From: Bacteroidia bacterium
GTDB taxonomy: Bacteria > Bacteroidota > Bacteroidia > SpSt-205
Assembly (NCBI GenBank): GCA_025059535.1
Contig: JANXCX010000024.1
Location: 23,425-87,424 of the forward strand
Reading direction: 5' to 3'
DNA: 64,000 bases
Positions 18,182 to 28,962 of the stretch are shown here, in pieces; position 1 is the first letter of the stretch, and each line of letters begins with the position of its first letter. The notes beneath the pieces were generated by a model. The model was not told the origin of the DNA and did no database searches. It was given only the letters and a program-made list of their open reading frames with translations. The position numbers were made by a program, and so were the translations under genes.

Positions 18182-18905
18182 AGATTTCGGCCAGTACCTT
18201 CTTCTCCTGCGTCGCAGCTTCACAGGACTTCTGCGGTTTCGGCTGTACTGGGAACTTTGGACCCACGAGCAAATCCACATGGGCCGCGATAGCCTTTTCC
18301 TTGTGGCCATTATTTCCCTCTTTGTTGGTGCGGTAACAACCGTTCAGACCGCCTACCAAATCGTTTCCCCCTTCATCCCTAAATCTACCATCGGCGCTAT
18401 TGTATCTACCTCCGCCATCTTAGAACTGGCTCCCACGGTTACCTCGTTGGTACTAGCGGGCCGAATAGGCTCCAGCATCGCTTCGCAAATCGGCTCCATG
18501 CGCGTCAGCGAACAGATAGACGCCTTAGAGGTAATGGGGATCAATTCCGCTACTTACCTAATTCTACCGAGGCTTTTTAGCGCTATCGTAGCCTTCCCTT
18601 TATTGGTCATTTATGCGTGCTTTATTGTACATGTTGGGGGGATTATTGCGGGAGCCTTCACGGGGGCTGTAAATCCCACCCAATTCGCCATAGGGGCCCG
18701 CAGCTTCTTTGAGGGCTTCCAGATTACCTTTATGCTTATCAAGGCCGTAACCTTCGGCTTTATTATCTCTACAGTTTCCGCCTATCAGGGCTACTTTGTA
18801 CGCGGTGGGGCCTTAGAGGTAGGTAAATCCAGCACGCGCGCCGTGGTAGTGAGCTGCCTTATGATACTGGTAGCCGACTACGTCTTAGCGCAGCTGCTTT
18901 TATGA
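18156..18905 (+). CDS. mlaE: ABC transporter permease, MlaE family
   Basis: MlaE/Ttg2B pattern: ...SMRVSEQIDALEVMGINSATYLILPRLFSAIVAFPLL... The ORF overlaps the kinase stop by 26 bp. Confidence 0.8.
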   Translation: MNLLLKGFEDFGQYLLLLRRSFTGLLRFRLYWELWTHEQIHMGRDSLFLVAIISLFVGAVTTVQTAYQIVSPFIPKSTIGAIVSTSAILELAPTVTSLVLAGRIGSSIASQIGSMRVSEQIDALEVMGINSATYLILPRLFSAIVAFPLLVIYACFIVHVGGIIAGAFTGAVNPTQFAIGARSFFEGFQITFMLIKAVTFGFIISTVSAYQGYFVRGGALEVGKSSTRAVVVSCLMILVADYVLAQLLL

Positions 18906-19651
18906 GCCTTTTGCGTATAGAAGGGATTTCTAAGTGGTTTGGAGCTACCCAAGTGCTTTACGATATCTCTTTCACCTTTTACCCAGGCCAGATTAACATG
19001 ATTATCGGGCCAAGCGGCTGCGGTAAAACAGTCCTGCTCAAGTGCATAGTAGGGCTTATACGCCCCGAAACGGGCAAGGTATTCTTTGGCGAGATAGATT
19101 TTCTAAAAGCCAGTTCTGAACAGAGGCGCAGCATACTGAAAAACTTGGGTATGCTTTTTCAATCCTCTGCGCTCTTTGACTCTATGACAGTAGGCGAAAA
19201 TGTGGCCTTTCCGTTGAGGGTATTCACGCGCCAGCCAGAAAAAGTTATTCAGGATCGCGTAGCCTACTGCTTGGAGCGGGTAGGTCTGGCAGGCCTACAG
19301 GCGAAATACCCCGCTGAGCTCTCTGGTGGCATGAAGCGGCGCGTGGGCTTAGCCCGGGCCATCGCCCTCACTCCTAAATACCTCTTCTGTGACGAGCCGA
19401 ATTCGGGCCTAGATCCCCTTACGGCCCGTCGCATAGACGAGCTCATTCAGGAAATTACCCAAGAATTCCAAACTACCACCGTCGTAGTTACCCATGACCT
19501 CAAAAGCATGTTGGATATGGGGCAGCGGATCCTCTTCTTATACCAAGGTCGGGCCGAATGGCAAGGCACTCGCACCCAACTTTTTCGGGAGCTGGAAGCA
19601 CTCCCCCCAAATCTTTCCAACTTCCTCCACGCTTCCGGCCTAATTAGATAA
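18902..19651 (+). CDS. mlaF: ABC transporter ATP-binding protein, MlaF family
   Basis: Walker A GPSGCGKT, signature LSGGMKRRVGLARA, Walker B LFCDEPNSGLDP. It overlaps mlaE by 4 bp. Confidence 0.8.
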   Translation: MSLLRIEGISKWFGATQVLYDISFTFYPGQINMIIGPSGCGKTVLLKCIVGLIRPETGKVFFGEIDFLKASSEQRRSILKNLGMLFQSSALFDSMTVGENVAFPLRVFTRQPEKVIQDRVAYCLERVGLAGLQAKYPAELSGGMKRRVGLARAIALTPKYLFCDEPNSGLDPLTARRIDELIQEITQEFQTTTVVVTHDLKSMLDMGQRILFLYQGRAEWQGTRTQLFRELEALPPNLSNFLHASGLIR

Positions 19652-19673
19652 AAGGCTGTAACTTCGCTTCTCT

Positions 19674-21053
19674 ATGAACTACCGTTTAGAATATGACACT
19701 TTAGGCGAAGTGCAAGTACCAGCCGATAAGCTGTGGGGAGCTCAGACCCAACGGTCCTTGGAAAATTTCCGCATCGGCGGGCATAAAATGCCTAAGGAAG
19801 TGATTTATGCGCTGGCTATAGCTAAGAAGGCCGCCGCCTTAGTCAATATGGAACTCGGCGTGCTCCCCCCAGAAAAAGCTCAGATTATTGCCGAAGTCTG
19901 CGATGAAATCCTCAGTGGAGCTCTGGATGAGCACTTCCCTTTAGTCGTGTGGCAAACTGGCTCAGGCACCCAAACTAATATGAACGTAAATGAGGTAATC
20001 GCCAATCGGGCCAATCAGCGGCTCAATCAGCCCCTCGGTTCTAAAAAGCCTATCCACCCAAACGACGATGTAAATCGCTCCCAATCCTCTAACGACGTTT
20101 TTCCCACGGCTATGCATATCGCCGCCTATAAGGCGGTGGTAGAAAGGCTTCTGCCGGCTCTGCGTAAGTTACACGGCGCTTTAGAAGCGAAAGCCCAGGC
20201 TTTTGAGGATATTATCAAGGTGGGCCGCACCCACCTTATGGATGCGGTACCGATGCGGCTAGGCCAGGAATTTTCGGGCTATGCCCAGCAAGTGGCCGAT
20301 AGCCTAGCGGATATAGAAAGGGTACTCCCCGAGGTAGCGCAGCTCGCCTTAGGAGGTACAGCGGTAGGAACCGGTCTAAATGCGCCCAAAGGCTTTGCGG
20401 AAAAAGTCGCGCAAAAAATAGCGGAGCTTACAGGCTATCCTTTTACCTCGGCGCCCAATAAGTTTGCGGCGCTGGCGGCGCATGACGCATTGGTGGCGCT
20501 TTCGGGGGCGCTGCGACGCACCGCTGTAGCCCTTATGAAGATTGCTAATGACATTCGCCTGCTGGGATCTGGGCCGCGGGCAGGTTTGGCTGAGCTCTTA
20601 CTGCCAGAAAACGAGCCCGGCTCCTCCATCATGCCCGGCAAAGTAAATCCCACCCAAAGCGAAGCCCTTACCATGGTGTGCTGCCAGGTAATTGGTAATG
20701 ACACCGCCATCACCTGTGGCGCCTTCCAAGGCCACCTAGAACTAAATGTTTTCAAACCCCTTATTATCTATAATCTCTTAGAGTCTATTCGCCTACTGGC
20801 GGATGCCGCTCACTCCTTTACGGACAATTGCGTCGTAGGGATTGAACCTAATCGCCCGGTCATCCAGCGGCACTTAGAGCGTAGCCTCATGCTGGTAACC
20901 GCTCTCAATCCAATTATTGGCTACGAAAAAGCCGCCAAAATCGCCCAAAAAGCCCATAAAGAAGACAAAACCCTCAAAGAAGCCGCCATAGAGCTGGGCT
21001 ATTTATCGGCAGAGGAGTTTGACCAGTACGTAAGGCCTGAAAAAATGCTCTGA
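19674..21053 (+). CDS. fumC: Fumarate hydratase class II
   Basis: [16 protein letters not shown] signature and full-length similarity (459 aa). Confidence 0.95.
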   Translation: MNYRLEYDTLGEVQVPADKLWGAQTQRSLENFRIGGHKMPKEVIYALAIAKKAAALVNMELGVLPPEKAQIIAEVCDEILSGALDEHFPLVVWQTGSGTQTNMNVNEVIANRANQRLNQPLGSKKPIHPNDDVNRSQSSNDVFPTAMHIAAYKAVVERLLPALRKLHGALEAKAQAFEDIIKVGRTHLMDAVPMRLGQEFSGYAQQVADSLADIERVLPEVAQLALGGTAVGTGLNAPKGFAEKVAQKIAELTGYPFTSAPNKFAALAAHDALVALSGALRRTAVALMKIANDIRLLGSGPRAGLAELLLPENEPGSSIMPGKVNPTQSEALTMVCCQVIGNDTAITCGAFQGHLELNVFKPLIIYNLLESIRLLADAAHSFTDNCVVGIEPNRPVIQRHLERSLMLVTALNPIIGYEKAAKIAQKAHKEDKTLKEAAIELGYLSAEEFDQYVRPEKML

Positions 21054-21056
21054 GCT

Positions 21057-22574
21057 ATGACCCAGCTTCCCCTAAGCCTGTGGGAAGCGGAGCCCATGCT
21101 ACAAAACCTCTCAGCGGTAGCAGACGAACTGGGCGTTAGGGCTTATATTGTAGGAGGCTGGGTGCGCGATTGGCTTCTCAAAGGGACCTTCCCGCTCGGC
21201 CTAGATGTAGTGGTTTTAGGCAACCCCACCCAATTCGCCGAAAAGCTGGCCCAACGCTTAGGTACTACCATAGCCGCGGAATACCAGCGCTTCTATGTGG
21301 CGCTTGTGCGACAGGGGGCCTACGAAATAGAAATAGCCGCGGCGCGCAAAGAAACTTACGTACCTGAATCCCGCAAGCCTTCGGTAGTGCCAGCTACGTT
21401 AGAGGAAGATTTCCAGCGACGGGATTTTACCATAAATGCCCTTTATGTAGGCTTACATGCGGCGGAACGCGGCGTACTAATAGACCCTTTTGGGGGCATT
21501 CGCGATCTGCATGAGTCGCTTATTCGCACGCCTACAGACCCGGTACGCACCTTTAGCGACGATCCCCTGCGTATGCTGCGGGCCGTGCGCTTCGCCGTCC
21601 GACTGGGCTTCCGGATTGAAGCCAAAACCTATGCCGCCCTCGGGACAGAAGCCCACCGGCTAAGTATTGTTTCACCCGAACGAATCACCGATGAGTTCCA
21701 TAAAATTCTTCTAAGTCCAGACCCCGTGCGAGGCCTAAAGATTTTAGAAGAAACAGGGCTACTGCAGCAGTTTCTACCTGAACTTGCTGCCCTCAAAGGC
21801 ACTGAAGTTCAGCAGGGCTACCAGCACAAGGACAACTTTCGGCATACCTTGAAGGTTTTAGCCCAGCTTTTAGCGCAGCGGCCAGAGGCTTCGGTGTGGC
21901 TGCGGTGGGCCGCCTTGCTGCACGATATTGGCAAAGCGCGCACTAAATCCTTTGACCCAAAGCTGGGATGGACCTTTCATCTGCATGAGGAGGTGGGAGC
22001 GGAGATGGTGGAGGCTATTTTTCGGCGATTGCGCCTTCCCTTGGACGAGCGGCTGCGCTATGTACAGCGTTTGGTTCGCCTGCATGGACGCCCCATCGCC
22101 CTCGCCCAAGAAGGTACAACCGATAGCGCTATCCGACGCCTAGCCGTTGAGGCTGGGGAGGATTTAGAAGACCTTATCCTTCTCTGCCGCAGCGATGTAA
22201 CTACCCGCAACCCTATCAAACGCCGCCAGTTTCTGGAAAATTTTGATCGGATAATGGCGCGCGTGCGGGAAGTGCAAGCAAAAGATCAGCTGGCGCGTTT
22301 CCAACCGCCCATCCGTGGCGAGGATATTATGAAGGCCTATAATCTCTCCCCTGGCCCGTTGGTAGGCAAGATTAAGGAAGCCATCCGTCAAGCCATTCTG
22401 GAGGGTAGAATTCCTAATACCTTTGAGGCCGCCTGGCGGTATATGGAGCAGATCGCCCCTGCCCTAATTGCGGGTGAGCCACTCCCACAACAGCTTGAGC
22501 AGGATACCCACCACAAAAAGGCTCAGCGAAATAAAGTTAGTTCGCCGCATGAAGAGAAGATTGAACCGGCTTGA
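21057..22574 (+). CDS. HD-domain tRNA nucleotidyltransferase (CCA-adding enzyme / poly(A) polymerase family)
   Basis: Pol-beta-type head GLDVVVLG...RRDFTINAL, followed by an HD domain (LHDIGK). Confidence 0.85.
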   Translation: MTQLPLSLWEAEPMLQNLSAVADELGVRAYIVGGWVRDWLLKGTFPLGLDVVVLGNPTQFAEKLAQRLGTTIAAEYQRFYVALVRQGAYEIEIAAARKETYVPESRKPSVVPATLEEDFQRRDFTINALYVGLHAAERGVLIDPFGGIRDLHESLIRTPTDPVRTFSDDPLRMLRAVRFAVRLGFRIEAKTYAALGTEAHRLSIVSPERITDEFHKILLSPDPVRGLKILEETGLLQQFLPELAALKGTEVQQGYQHKDNFRHTLKVLAQLLAQRPEASVWLRWAALLHDIGKARTKSFDPKLGWTFHLHEEVGAEMVEAIFRRLRLPLDERLRYVQRLVRLHGRPIALAQEGTTDSAIRRLAVEAGEDLEDLILLCRSDVTTRNPIKRRQFLENFDRIMARVREVQAKDQLARFQPPIRGEDIMKAYNLSPGPLVGKIKEAIRQAILEGRIPNTFEAAWRYMEQIAPALIAGEPLPQQLEQDTHHKKAQRNKVSSPHEEKIEPA

Positions 22575-22642
22575 GCCTGAAAGGTGCTGTACTTGTGAGG
22601 CACGGGGGTCAAAGGCCCGCCATAGCCGCCGTAGCATAACGC

Positions 22643-22684
22643 TAAAATAAAACAAAACTCCCCCACCCTCGTGTGAGGGGGGAG
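22643..22684 (-). terminator. Rho-independent terminator for the minus-strand TPR gene
   Basis: GC-rich hairpin CTCCCCCACCCTC-GTGT-GAGGGGGGAG at 22658..22684. On the minus strand it is followed by TTTTGTTTTATTTT (22643..22657). It lies between the convergent genes ending at 22574 (+) and 22710 (-). Confidence 0.5.
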
Positions 22685-22709
22685 AGGCAAGGGAGAAAAT
22701 CTAGGAACT

Positions 22710-24032
22710 CTAGCGTGCGGTAAGCTTGTCCGATTCTATTTTGGCTGCGGCTCGGAAGGCTCGGAAGGTAACCTTATCGAAGGCTTCACGCGCCTTATCG
22801 GTCTGACCTTTCTTGCGAGCCGAAAGGCCTATCAGAAAGTAGGCTTGGGAGCGGCGCATCTCATCATTAGCCAAAGCGGGTAAAAGCTGTTCCAAGGTAC
22901 TTATAGCTTCGTCGTACCGACCCATCAGATAGTAGGATTGGGCTTTGAGGAGCAGTACGTTGATGCCCGTGTTGGATTCTCTGGGGGTTCGGCGGAGGAT
23001 GCTATCGGCTGTATTTATGACGCCGCTATAATCCCCGGCATTATATTGAAGGCGGATAGCTCGGTTATAGAGCGCGGTCCGACGCTTCTCATCGGACTCA
23101 TTAGCTGCCGCCTCTAAAAAGCTGCGCGCCGCTTCCGCTACCCTCCCCTTTCGGAAGAGGATAGTGCCCTGAAGCATATATACCATATTGAGTCGATCCT
23201 TTGTCTTGAGAGCTTCATTTACATACTCCATTGCCTCGTCTAGAGCCCCCACACGGAAATAGGCGGAGGCAATGCTGAGGTTGCGTACGGCCCCGGATTG
23301 AGCTATGGTGCGCTGAAGTCTCTGCCTATACCGTGGATCCTGTATAAGCTTAGCATATTTTTCATATTCGGCCATGTTTCCAGCCTTATAGTGGGCTAAA
23401 GCGAGCCCAAATAGGAAACGCGCACTCTCAACCGGGGAGGTCTGCGTGATATCATAGCCGCTCTGAAACGCCGCTATAGCGCTCTGAGGATTATTGAGAT
23501 TGAGGTGAAGCTGACCTTCCGCAAAAAGTACATCTAAAGATTTGGCGCTATTGGGTATGTCCCGCTTGAGGTTAGCAAGTTCGGTAAAGGCTTCTTGGCT
23601 GCGACCTTGGGTGCCCAACAGGCGAATTGCATTCAACTTATACCGGATGCGCCGATCGGTATCGGTGTCACGCTGATAGCCTTGATTGTAAGCTTCTACA
23701 GCGGCGGCGTAGTTTTTCTGCTGGATGTGAATAGAAGCCATACGCGCATATACGCCTGGTAGGGAAGGATTGAGCTCGGCCGCTTTCTTGTAGGCTTCAA
23801 GCGCCTGATCATACCGCTTGAGAGCCGCCAGCACTTCGCCTTTGCGCATGTGCAATGGGGCCTTGGTCATGTCTAATTTTATCGCTTCCTCGTACTTTTG
23901 CAGGGCCTCTTCATACCGCCGCTCCTTTCGGAGCCTATCCCCCTCCTGAACCAGCGCTCTTATCCCGCCCTGCGCATACATCAGAGAACCCACGAAGCCC
24001 AGCGAGAGAAGCAAGGAGTGTAAGGTCTTCAT
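22710..24032 (-). CDS. Secreted tetratricopeptide-repeat (TPR) protein
   Basis: Signal peptide MKTLHSLLLSLGFVGSLMYAQG, taken from the internal Met. Many 34-residue TPR units of the A-x-x-x-Y-x-x-A-L type. Confidence 0.7.
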   Translation of the reverse strand: MKTLHSLLLSLGFVGSLMYAQGGIRALVQEGDRLRKERRYEEALQKYEEAIKLDMTKAPLHMRKGEVLAALKRYDQALEAYKKAAELNPSLPGVYARMASIHIQQKNYAAAVEAYNQGYQRDTDTDRRIRYKLNAIRLLGTQGRSQEAFTELANLKRDIPNSAKSLDVLFAEGQLHLNLNNPQSAIAAFQSGYDITQTSPVESARFLFGLALAHYKAGNMAEYEKYAKLIQDPRYRQRLQRTIAQSGAVRNLSIASAYFRVGALDEAMEYVNEALKTKDRLNMVYMLQGTILFRKGRVAEAARSFLEAAANESDEKRRTALYNRAIRLQYNAGDYSGVINTADSILRRTPRESNTGINVLLLKAQSYYLMGRYDEAISTLEQLLPALANDEMRRSQAYFLIGLSARKKGQTDKAREAFDKVTFRAFRAAAKIESDKLTAR

Positions 24033-24054
24033 AATCTCGGTTTTTTCATATTTT

Positions 24055-24735
24055 CTACGGCAGAGAGATAGAAGTAGGTTGCACTCGTGCATCTTGGCAA
24101 AGGTACGTAGGAGCAGGCATATCGCGCAAGTGCTGAAGGTTATGGGTAGCTAAAAGCACAGCGGTGCCCCAGCGGGCAATTTGGTGGAAAAGGGCTAGAA
24201 TTTGCTGGCCTACCTCTGGGTCAAGGTTACCCGTAGGTTCGTCCGCCAGGAGCACGATAGGTGCGCCTACCAAGGCGCGCGCAATACAAGTGCGCTGCTG
24301 CTCCCCGGCTGAAATCTGATGAGGGTAAGCATCCTTACGGGCTAAAAGCCCCACCTTGCCCAGAACCTCCAAGACAGCTTCCTTGATCTTCCTCTTATCC
24401 CGCCAGCCGCGCACCTCCAGGGTAAGCGCGACATTCTGCCAAACCGTCCGGTAGGGAAGAAGCTGAAAATCCTGAAAGACAATTCCCAATCGGCGACGCA
24501 GGTAAGGCAGTTCAGCGGGCCTGAGGGTATCTACGCGCATATCCCCCACCCATATTTCGCCGCGTAGGGGACGCAGATCGCCGTAGATGGCGCGCAGAAG
24601 GGTAGTTTTGCCTGCGCCCGTTCGGCCCGTAAGGTAAGCAAAATCACCCTTCTGAAGAACAAAGGTAACGCCTTCAAGCACAACTCTACTCCCGTACCCC
24701 AGGGTGACATTCCGCAGGGTTAGGGCTGCTGACAT
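24055..24735 (-). CDS. ftsE: Cell-division ABC ATPase FtsE-like
   Basis: Walker [10 protein letters not shown], signature [14 protein letters not shown], Walker [13 protein letters not shown]. The length of 226 aa is typical of FtsE. No ftsX is adjacent. Confidence 0.7.
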   Translation of the reverse strand: MSAALTLRNVTLGYGSRVVLEGVTFVLQKGDFAYLTGRTGAGKTTLLRAIYGDLRPLRGEIWVGDMRVDTLRPAELPYLRRRLGIVFQDFQLLPYRTVWQNVALTLEVRGWRDKRKIKEAVLEVLGKVGLLARKDAYPHQISAGEQQRTCIARALVGAPIVLLADEPTGNLDPEVGQQILALFHQIARWGTAVLLATHNLQHLRDMPAPTYLCQDARVQPTSISLP

Positions 24736-24974
24736 AGATTAAGGCATTGGGTTTCGGTGCACCACTCTACCGCCTGTACCTGCCCGTAAGGCAGCTGGGG
24801 AAGTAGAAGGCTGAGCTGCTCCAGGAAGCCGGCAGGTAGGCTGGTTTTTTTCTCTAAGCGGTCGCATCTAAGATAGCCTACGAGCGAAAACCGCTCATCC
24901 CGAATTTGAACATAGTCGGGAATTTTGGCTGTACCTTTGACCTTGAGTAAATAGTACCTCACCCCGCTACCCAT
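24720..24974 (-). CDS. Hypothetical small protein
   Basis: 84-aa ORF overlapping ftsE by 16 bp and the upstream ORF by 16 bp. No motif recognised. Confidence 0.25.
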   Translation of the reverse strand: MGSGVRYYLLKVKGTAKIPDYVQIRDERFSLVGYLRCDRLEKKTSLPAGFLEQLSLLLPQLPYGQVQAVEWCTETQCLNLCQQP

Positions 24975-25258
24975 CGCAGATGGGTGTAAATCCTTGCCAT
25001 ACCCGTGAAGGGGTCCGAGAGGCTAGAGTCAAGCCGGGCCGCCAGCCCGTAGTTTTTGAGCCCTTCTGCGCTCCGCCCAAGCGCGGCTGGCCGATGGCCT
25101 TTGCGCAGGTAAAGAATCGGCCCAAATGGATATAACCTTAGAGCATTTCCAAAGCCCAGAAAGAAGAAAAAGAAATAAACCGTCCCTATGAGGCCCACTT
25201 CTTTGCCCTTGTATTTTTTGGGCGAAGGAGCCGAAGCCTCCCTGCGCATCCTGAGCAA
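24959..25258 (-). CDS. Hypothetical small membrane protein (poly-Phe TM segment)
   Basis: 99-aa ORF. Basic N-terminus, then TM LIGTVYFFFFFLGFGNAL. No motif recognised. Confidence 0.25.
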   Translation of the reverse strand: MLRMRREASAPSPKKYKGKEVGLIGTVYFFFFFLGFGNALRLYPFGPILYLRKGHRPAALGRSAEGLKNYGLAARLDSSLSDPFTGMARIYTHLRWVAG

Positions 25259-25431
25259 AAATACATACTAATCAGGCCTCGTAGGCGCGGTTGAGGCCAA
25301 AAAAGCGGGTCTTAGCAAATAAGGTTTTTTACTCCCTTTAGGCAGGAGAAAAAGTCCGCTTATAGCGCTGATTGGTCTCTGACTTGCTAAAGGCGCCGCT
25401 TTAAGAGCGGAATTTTTCCTATTCGGCCTTA

Positions 25432-26817
25432 TTACCCCAGGAGCCATCGCAGAAGGCGCTGTTTGAGGCTCGTGTAAGGCGGATAGCGCAGGGGTAAGTC
25501 TAGCCAAGTAGGGGTTTTCACTACGGCGCGGGCATGGGAGAAGGTTTCAAAGGAATACCATCCGTGGTAGCGTCCAATACCGCTCTGGCGCACGCCCCCA
25601 AAGGGCAAACGCGGGGAAGCGATGTGGATGAGGGTATCATTTATGCAGGCCCCACCCGAGGGTAGCCGGTCTAGGTAATAGGCCTGCCACTCGGGCGATT
25701 CCGAAAACACATAGACGGCGAGGGGTGGAGGAAGCCGACGCACAAACGCCACGGCATCTTCGGGCTTGCTGTAGGGAATCACTGGCAGGAGTGGCCCAAA
25801 AATCTCCTCCTCTAGAAGCTCCCCGCGCGGTGAAAGTAAAACCGTGGGGCTTATGTAAAGGGCTTCGGCATCCACATGGCCCCCAAATACCACTTCGCCT
25901 TCTTGGAGGAGGCGCACCAGCCGATTATAGTGGTTAGCATGGATAATTCGGGCGTAATCGGCGGGGGGCCGCGTAAGGTCTGAGCCGTAGAATTGGTGGG
26001 TAGCCTCCTTTAGGGCCTGTAGGAAAGGCTCTAAGCGGCTTTCCTGCACTAGGACGTAATCGGGGGCAATGCAGGTTTGGCCGGCATTTAGCCATTTGCC
26101 CCAAGCGATTCGGCGTGCCGCTAAGGCTATAGCCGCGTCGGCCTCCACAATCGCCGGCGATTTCCCCCCTAGTTCTAGCGTATAGGGAATAAGGCGCTTA
26201 GCGGCAACTTCGGCTATTAGGCGTCCTATCCGCGTACTACCCGTAAAGAAAATATAATCCCACTCCTCCTCTACCAGCGCCGCCGCCACTTTAGCGTCAC
26301 CCTGTACTACGCGGACGTATTCTGGAGGAAACACCTCGTTTATAAGCGCCTCCACGACCTTAGCCGTGGCAGGGGCAAATTCAGAAGGCTTGAGTACAAC
26401 GACATTACCGGCGGCAATCGCCCCCACAAGCGGAGAAAGAAGCAGTTGAAAGGGATAGTTCCAGGGGCTGAGTATGAGTACCACGCCGCGCGGTTCGTAG
26501 CGCAGTTCGGTCTGCCCAGGCAGCTGGGCCAGGCTCGGCCAGAGGCGACGCGGCCGTACCCAGCTGGGCAAGTTCCGCCGAATATAACTCAGCTCATCCA
26601 ATACAAATCCTACCTCCGTTGCATACGCTTCAAACTGACTTTTGCCCAAGTCCTGCCTGAGTGCCTCAATAATCAGGGATTCCTTAGCTTGGATAGCCTT
26701 CTCTAAGGCTTCTAAGTACTGGAGCCGAACCTTGAGCGGGCGCGTACCCCCTTCATTGAAAAAAGTGCGCAGTGGAGTTATATCTAAGCTGGGTATAGGC
26801 GTTACGACCTGAGTCAT
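25432..26817 (-). CDS. Aldehyde dehydrogenase family protein (ALDH3/coniferyl-aldehyde dehydrogenase-like)
   Basis: LELGGKSP around the catalytic Glu, GQTCIAPDY with the catalytic Cys, and a FTGSTRIG NAD-binding region. 461 aa. Confidence 0.9.
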   Translation of the reverse strand: MTQVVTPIPSLDITPLRTFFNEGGTRPLKVRLQYLEALEKAIQAKESLIIEALRQDLGKSQFEAYATEVGFVLDELSYIRRNLPSWVRPRRLWPSLAQLPGQTELRYEPRGVVLILSPWNYPFQLLLSPLVGAIAAGNVVVLKPSEFAPATAKVVEALINEVFPPEYVRVVQGDAKVAAALVEEEWDYIFFTGSTRIGRLIAEVAAKRLIPYTLELGGKSPAIVEADAAIALAARRIAWGKWLNAGQTCIAPDYVLVQESRLEPFLQALKEATHQFYGSDLTRPPADYARIIHANHYNRLVRLLQEGEVVFGGHVDAEALYISPTVLLSPRGELLEEEIFGPLLPVIPYSKPEDAVAFVRRLPPPLAVYVFSESPEWQAYYLDRLPSGGACINDTLIHIASPRLPFGGVRQSGIGRYHGWYSFETFSHARAVVKTPTWLDLPLRYPPYTSLKQRLLRWLLG

Positions 26818-26863
26818 GGCACAAGTATAGCAAAAATTCAGGCTTTTAGCCTAACTTTGCTGC

Positions 26864-27517
26864 ATGCGTTGGCACACGGTTTTTATTTTAGCTACGACCA
26901 GCTTTCTAAGCTGGGCTTGTCGGGGCAAAGAAGGTCCAGCAGGTCCCCCTGGACGGGATTTGAGCCGTCCTCAGCAAGGCTTTGTGGAAGGTACAGCCCG
27001 CGGCAAAGATGAAGCCGGCAACCCGTTTGATATTCGTTTCCGTTATACCTACTATCCGCAAAACTCTGGCACTTGGCGGGTAGTGAGCGGCTCGGTGCGC
27101 GAGCTTACCTTCACCCGCCAAGATAGTCTGGGCATAGGGTCTATTACCTTTACCCTGCGCTACGACGCCTCTAACAATCAGGTAACTGTTACCGGTCTGA
27201 GCGGCGTAGCGGCCGATATTAGCCAAAAGCCCGTGCCCACCCACAGCTTCCAAATAATTCCCCGCCTAGACACTACGATTTTCGGCTTTCCTATACGCGT
27301 ACCAGGTACGACTCAGGAGGTATCCGATTTTACCTTTTCAGGGGACAATATTCAGGGGAAGTTTCGCTTCATACGTCCGCAATATGAGCGGCCCTCTGGC
27401 CTTCCGCCTCAGGCAGCTAACCTCCTCCCCCCTAATAACCAGCACCCCGATACCATAGTCGGTTCATTTTCTATCTCGCTTACTGAGGTCCGACCTTTCA
27501 ACCGCACAACGCCATAA
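26864..27517 (+). CDS. Hypothetical lipoprotein with a short collagen-like G-P-x triplet run
   Basis: Signal ending SWAC, then KEGPAGPPGRD (three G-x-y triplets). The remainder looks like a beta-rich domain of unknown function. Confidence 0.4.
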   Translation: MRWHTVFILATTSFLSWACRGKEGPAGPPGRDLSRPQQGFVEGTARGKDEAGNPFDIRFRYTYYPQNSGTWRVVSGSVRELTFTRQDSLGIGSITFTLRYDASNNQVTVTGLSGVAADISQKPVPTHSFQIIPRLDTTIFGFPIRVPGTTQEVSDFTFSGDNIQGKFRFIRPQYERPSGLPPQAANLLPPNNQHPDTIVGSFSISLTEVRPFNRTTP

Positions 27518-27537
27518 AAACCCTAAATAAAATACCT

Positions 27538-28956
27538 ATGGCTAGGTGGAAGAGCTTTTGGGTTTGGCTTGCTTTAGTGGCTTCCTTAGGCCTAGGGTGG
27601 GCGCAGCGCCTGCGCGCCGTTTTTGGCCTCTTTGAGGGAAATGCCAGCGGTAGCGGCACCATATCCCCTCATTTCTACGAGCTTAGAATAGAGCCGGGAG
27701 GTAGCCGCGGACAGCTCTTATTCGGGCTTTCCAGCAACCAGGGGGATGTAGAGCCCTACGGCACCGATTTAGCTTACGACACCCGCACTAAGTTTCTCTT
27801 CCTGATTGGCGGGGGCCCCACCCCAACTACCTGGTATGGCTCAGTCTATGGCCTAGATGTATGGCGCTCTCTCGTGTCTATATCCCTTCTACCCCGCATA
27901 GGGGCACGGCGCCTAGCGGTATGGGATAGCTTTCTCCTCGTTACACGCACGCGCGAGCCCTACCTAACCGCTTATAAGATTACCTACCAAGAGGCCACGC
28001 AGTCCGTTCGCTTAGACTCCGCGTGGTCGGTTACTCATCCGCTCCTGCGCGGGATTCCTGAAGGAATTGTGCTGATTCGGGACACGGCCTACCTCAGTAT
28101 CTCGGCCCGTCCTAGCGATAACCAGGCCGATAGCCTTGTGGTAGCTATTAACCTGCGCAGCCGAAGCGTCCTGCGCGCCTGGGAAGTTTATCGTAGGCCC
28201 GAGGAAATTTTCCGCATAGGGAATTTTCTGTATGTTTCCTGCCCCAGCGATCCCCCGGACAACTGGCGAATTGTGCGCATCGATCCCCAGACTATCACGG
28301 TGCAACGTATCAATACGGGTTATCGCCGAGAATGTGCGCCTACAGGAATTGCCACAGATGTAGTACGCCAGCGAGACAGCCTGATCTTCTGGGACCAGTT
28401 TGACAGCGTACGTGTGATGAATACAAGCACTATGCAGGTGGCTCCAGCCGCTTTCCGAGGGTTTGGTTTTAGAGCACCTGGCCTGAACGGCTATAGCCTT
28501 TTCTGGGCTGGGGATATGATCTTCTTTGGGCTGACCAATCGGCGTGATACGAGCCTCCTGATTATCTATGACCCCCCTTATATCCCTACACCGCCGCATT
28601 TGGACACTGCTTTCATCCGTAATGGAGAGGGAGGCGGGATTGATGTCCCCTCGTTGCGTCGGCTTATCTATGTAGAGGATGATACCACGCGGCAGGGACC
28701 TTCGCAAAGCCTAGCGGTAGCAAGCCAGGACAGCCGCCTGCGTGCGTGGGTAGCTCCAGGTACGGAGTGGCTTTCTTGGGAAAGCCCAGTAGCGCTTACC
28801 GAATTGCGCCTATACGACCTTCAGGGACGCCTACTGCGCCAATGGGGAGGTGGACCTTTGGCGTGTTATGTAGGGGATTTGTCCAGTGGATGCTACCTTC
28901 TGTGGGGGCGTAGCATTAGGGGGGAAATCCTCACGACGCGCTTCTGGAAGGAATAA
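27538..28956 (+). CDS. Secreted hypothetical protein with a T9SS C-terminal sorting domain
   Basis: Signal peptide MARWKSFWVWLALVASLGLGWAQ. The last ~80 aa (LRLYDLQGRLLRQW...GCYLLWGRSIRGEILTTRFWKE) fit the type IX secretion CTD pattern. Confidence 0.5.
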   Translation: MARWKSFWVWLALVASLGLGWAQRLRAVFGLFEGNASGSGTISPHFYELRIEPGGSRGQLLFGLSSNQGDVEPYGTDLAYDTRTKFLFLIGGGPTPTTWYGSVYGLDVWRSLVSISLLPRIGARRLAVWDSFLLVTRTREPYLTAYKITYQEATQSVRLDSAWSVTHPLLRGIPEGIVLIRDTAYLSISARPSDNQADSLVVAINLRSRSVLRAWEVYRRPEEIFRIGNFLYVSCPSDPPDNWRIVRIDPQTITVQRINTGYRRECAPTGIATDVVRQRDSLIFWDQFDSVRVMNTSTMQVAPAAFRGFGFRAPGLNGYSLFWAGDMIFFGLTNRRDTSLLIIYDPPYIPTPPHLDTAFIRNGEGGGIDVPSLRRLIYVEDDTTRQGPSQSLAVASQDSRLRAWVAPGTEWLSWESPVALTELRLYDLQGRLLRQWGGGPLACYVGDLSSGCYLLWGRSIRGEILTTRFWKE

Positions 28957-28962
28957 CGCTGG

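Noticed and set aside
25259-25431. Possible plus-strand small RNA or terminator hairpins (CTTAgcaaaTAAG followed by TTTTTT, and CCGCTttaagAGCGG followed by aattttt)
   Set aside because: The stems are only 4-5 bp. No plus-strand gene ends here. The region is flanked by minus-strand ORFs, so the hairpins are weak.
26870-26960. Collagen-like or CRISPR-like repetitive DNA
   Set aside because: There are only three G-x-y triplets (GPAGPPGRD), and no direct-repeat/spacer periodicity anywhere in the window.
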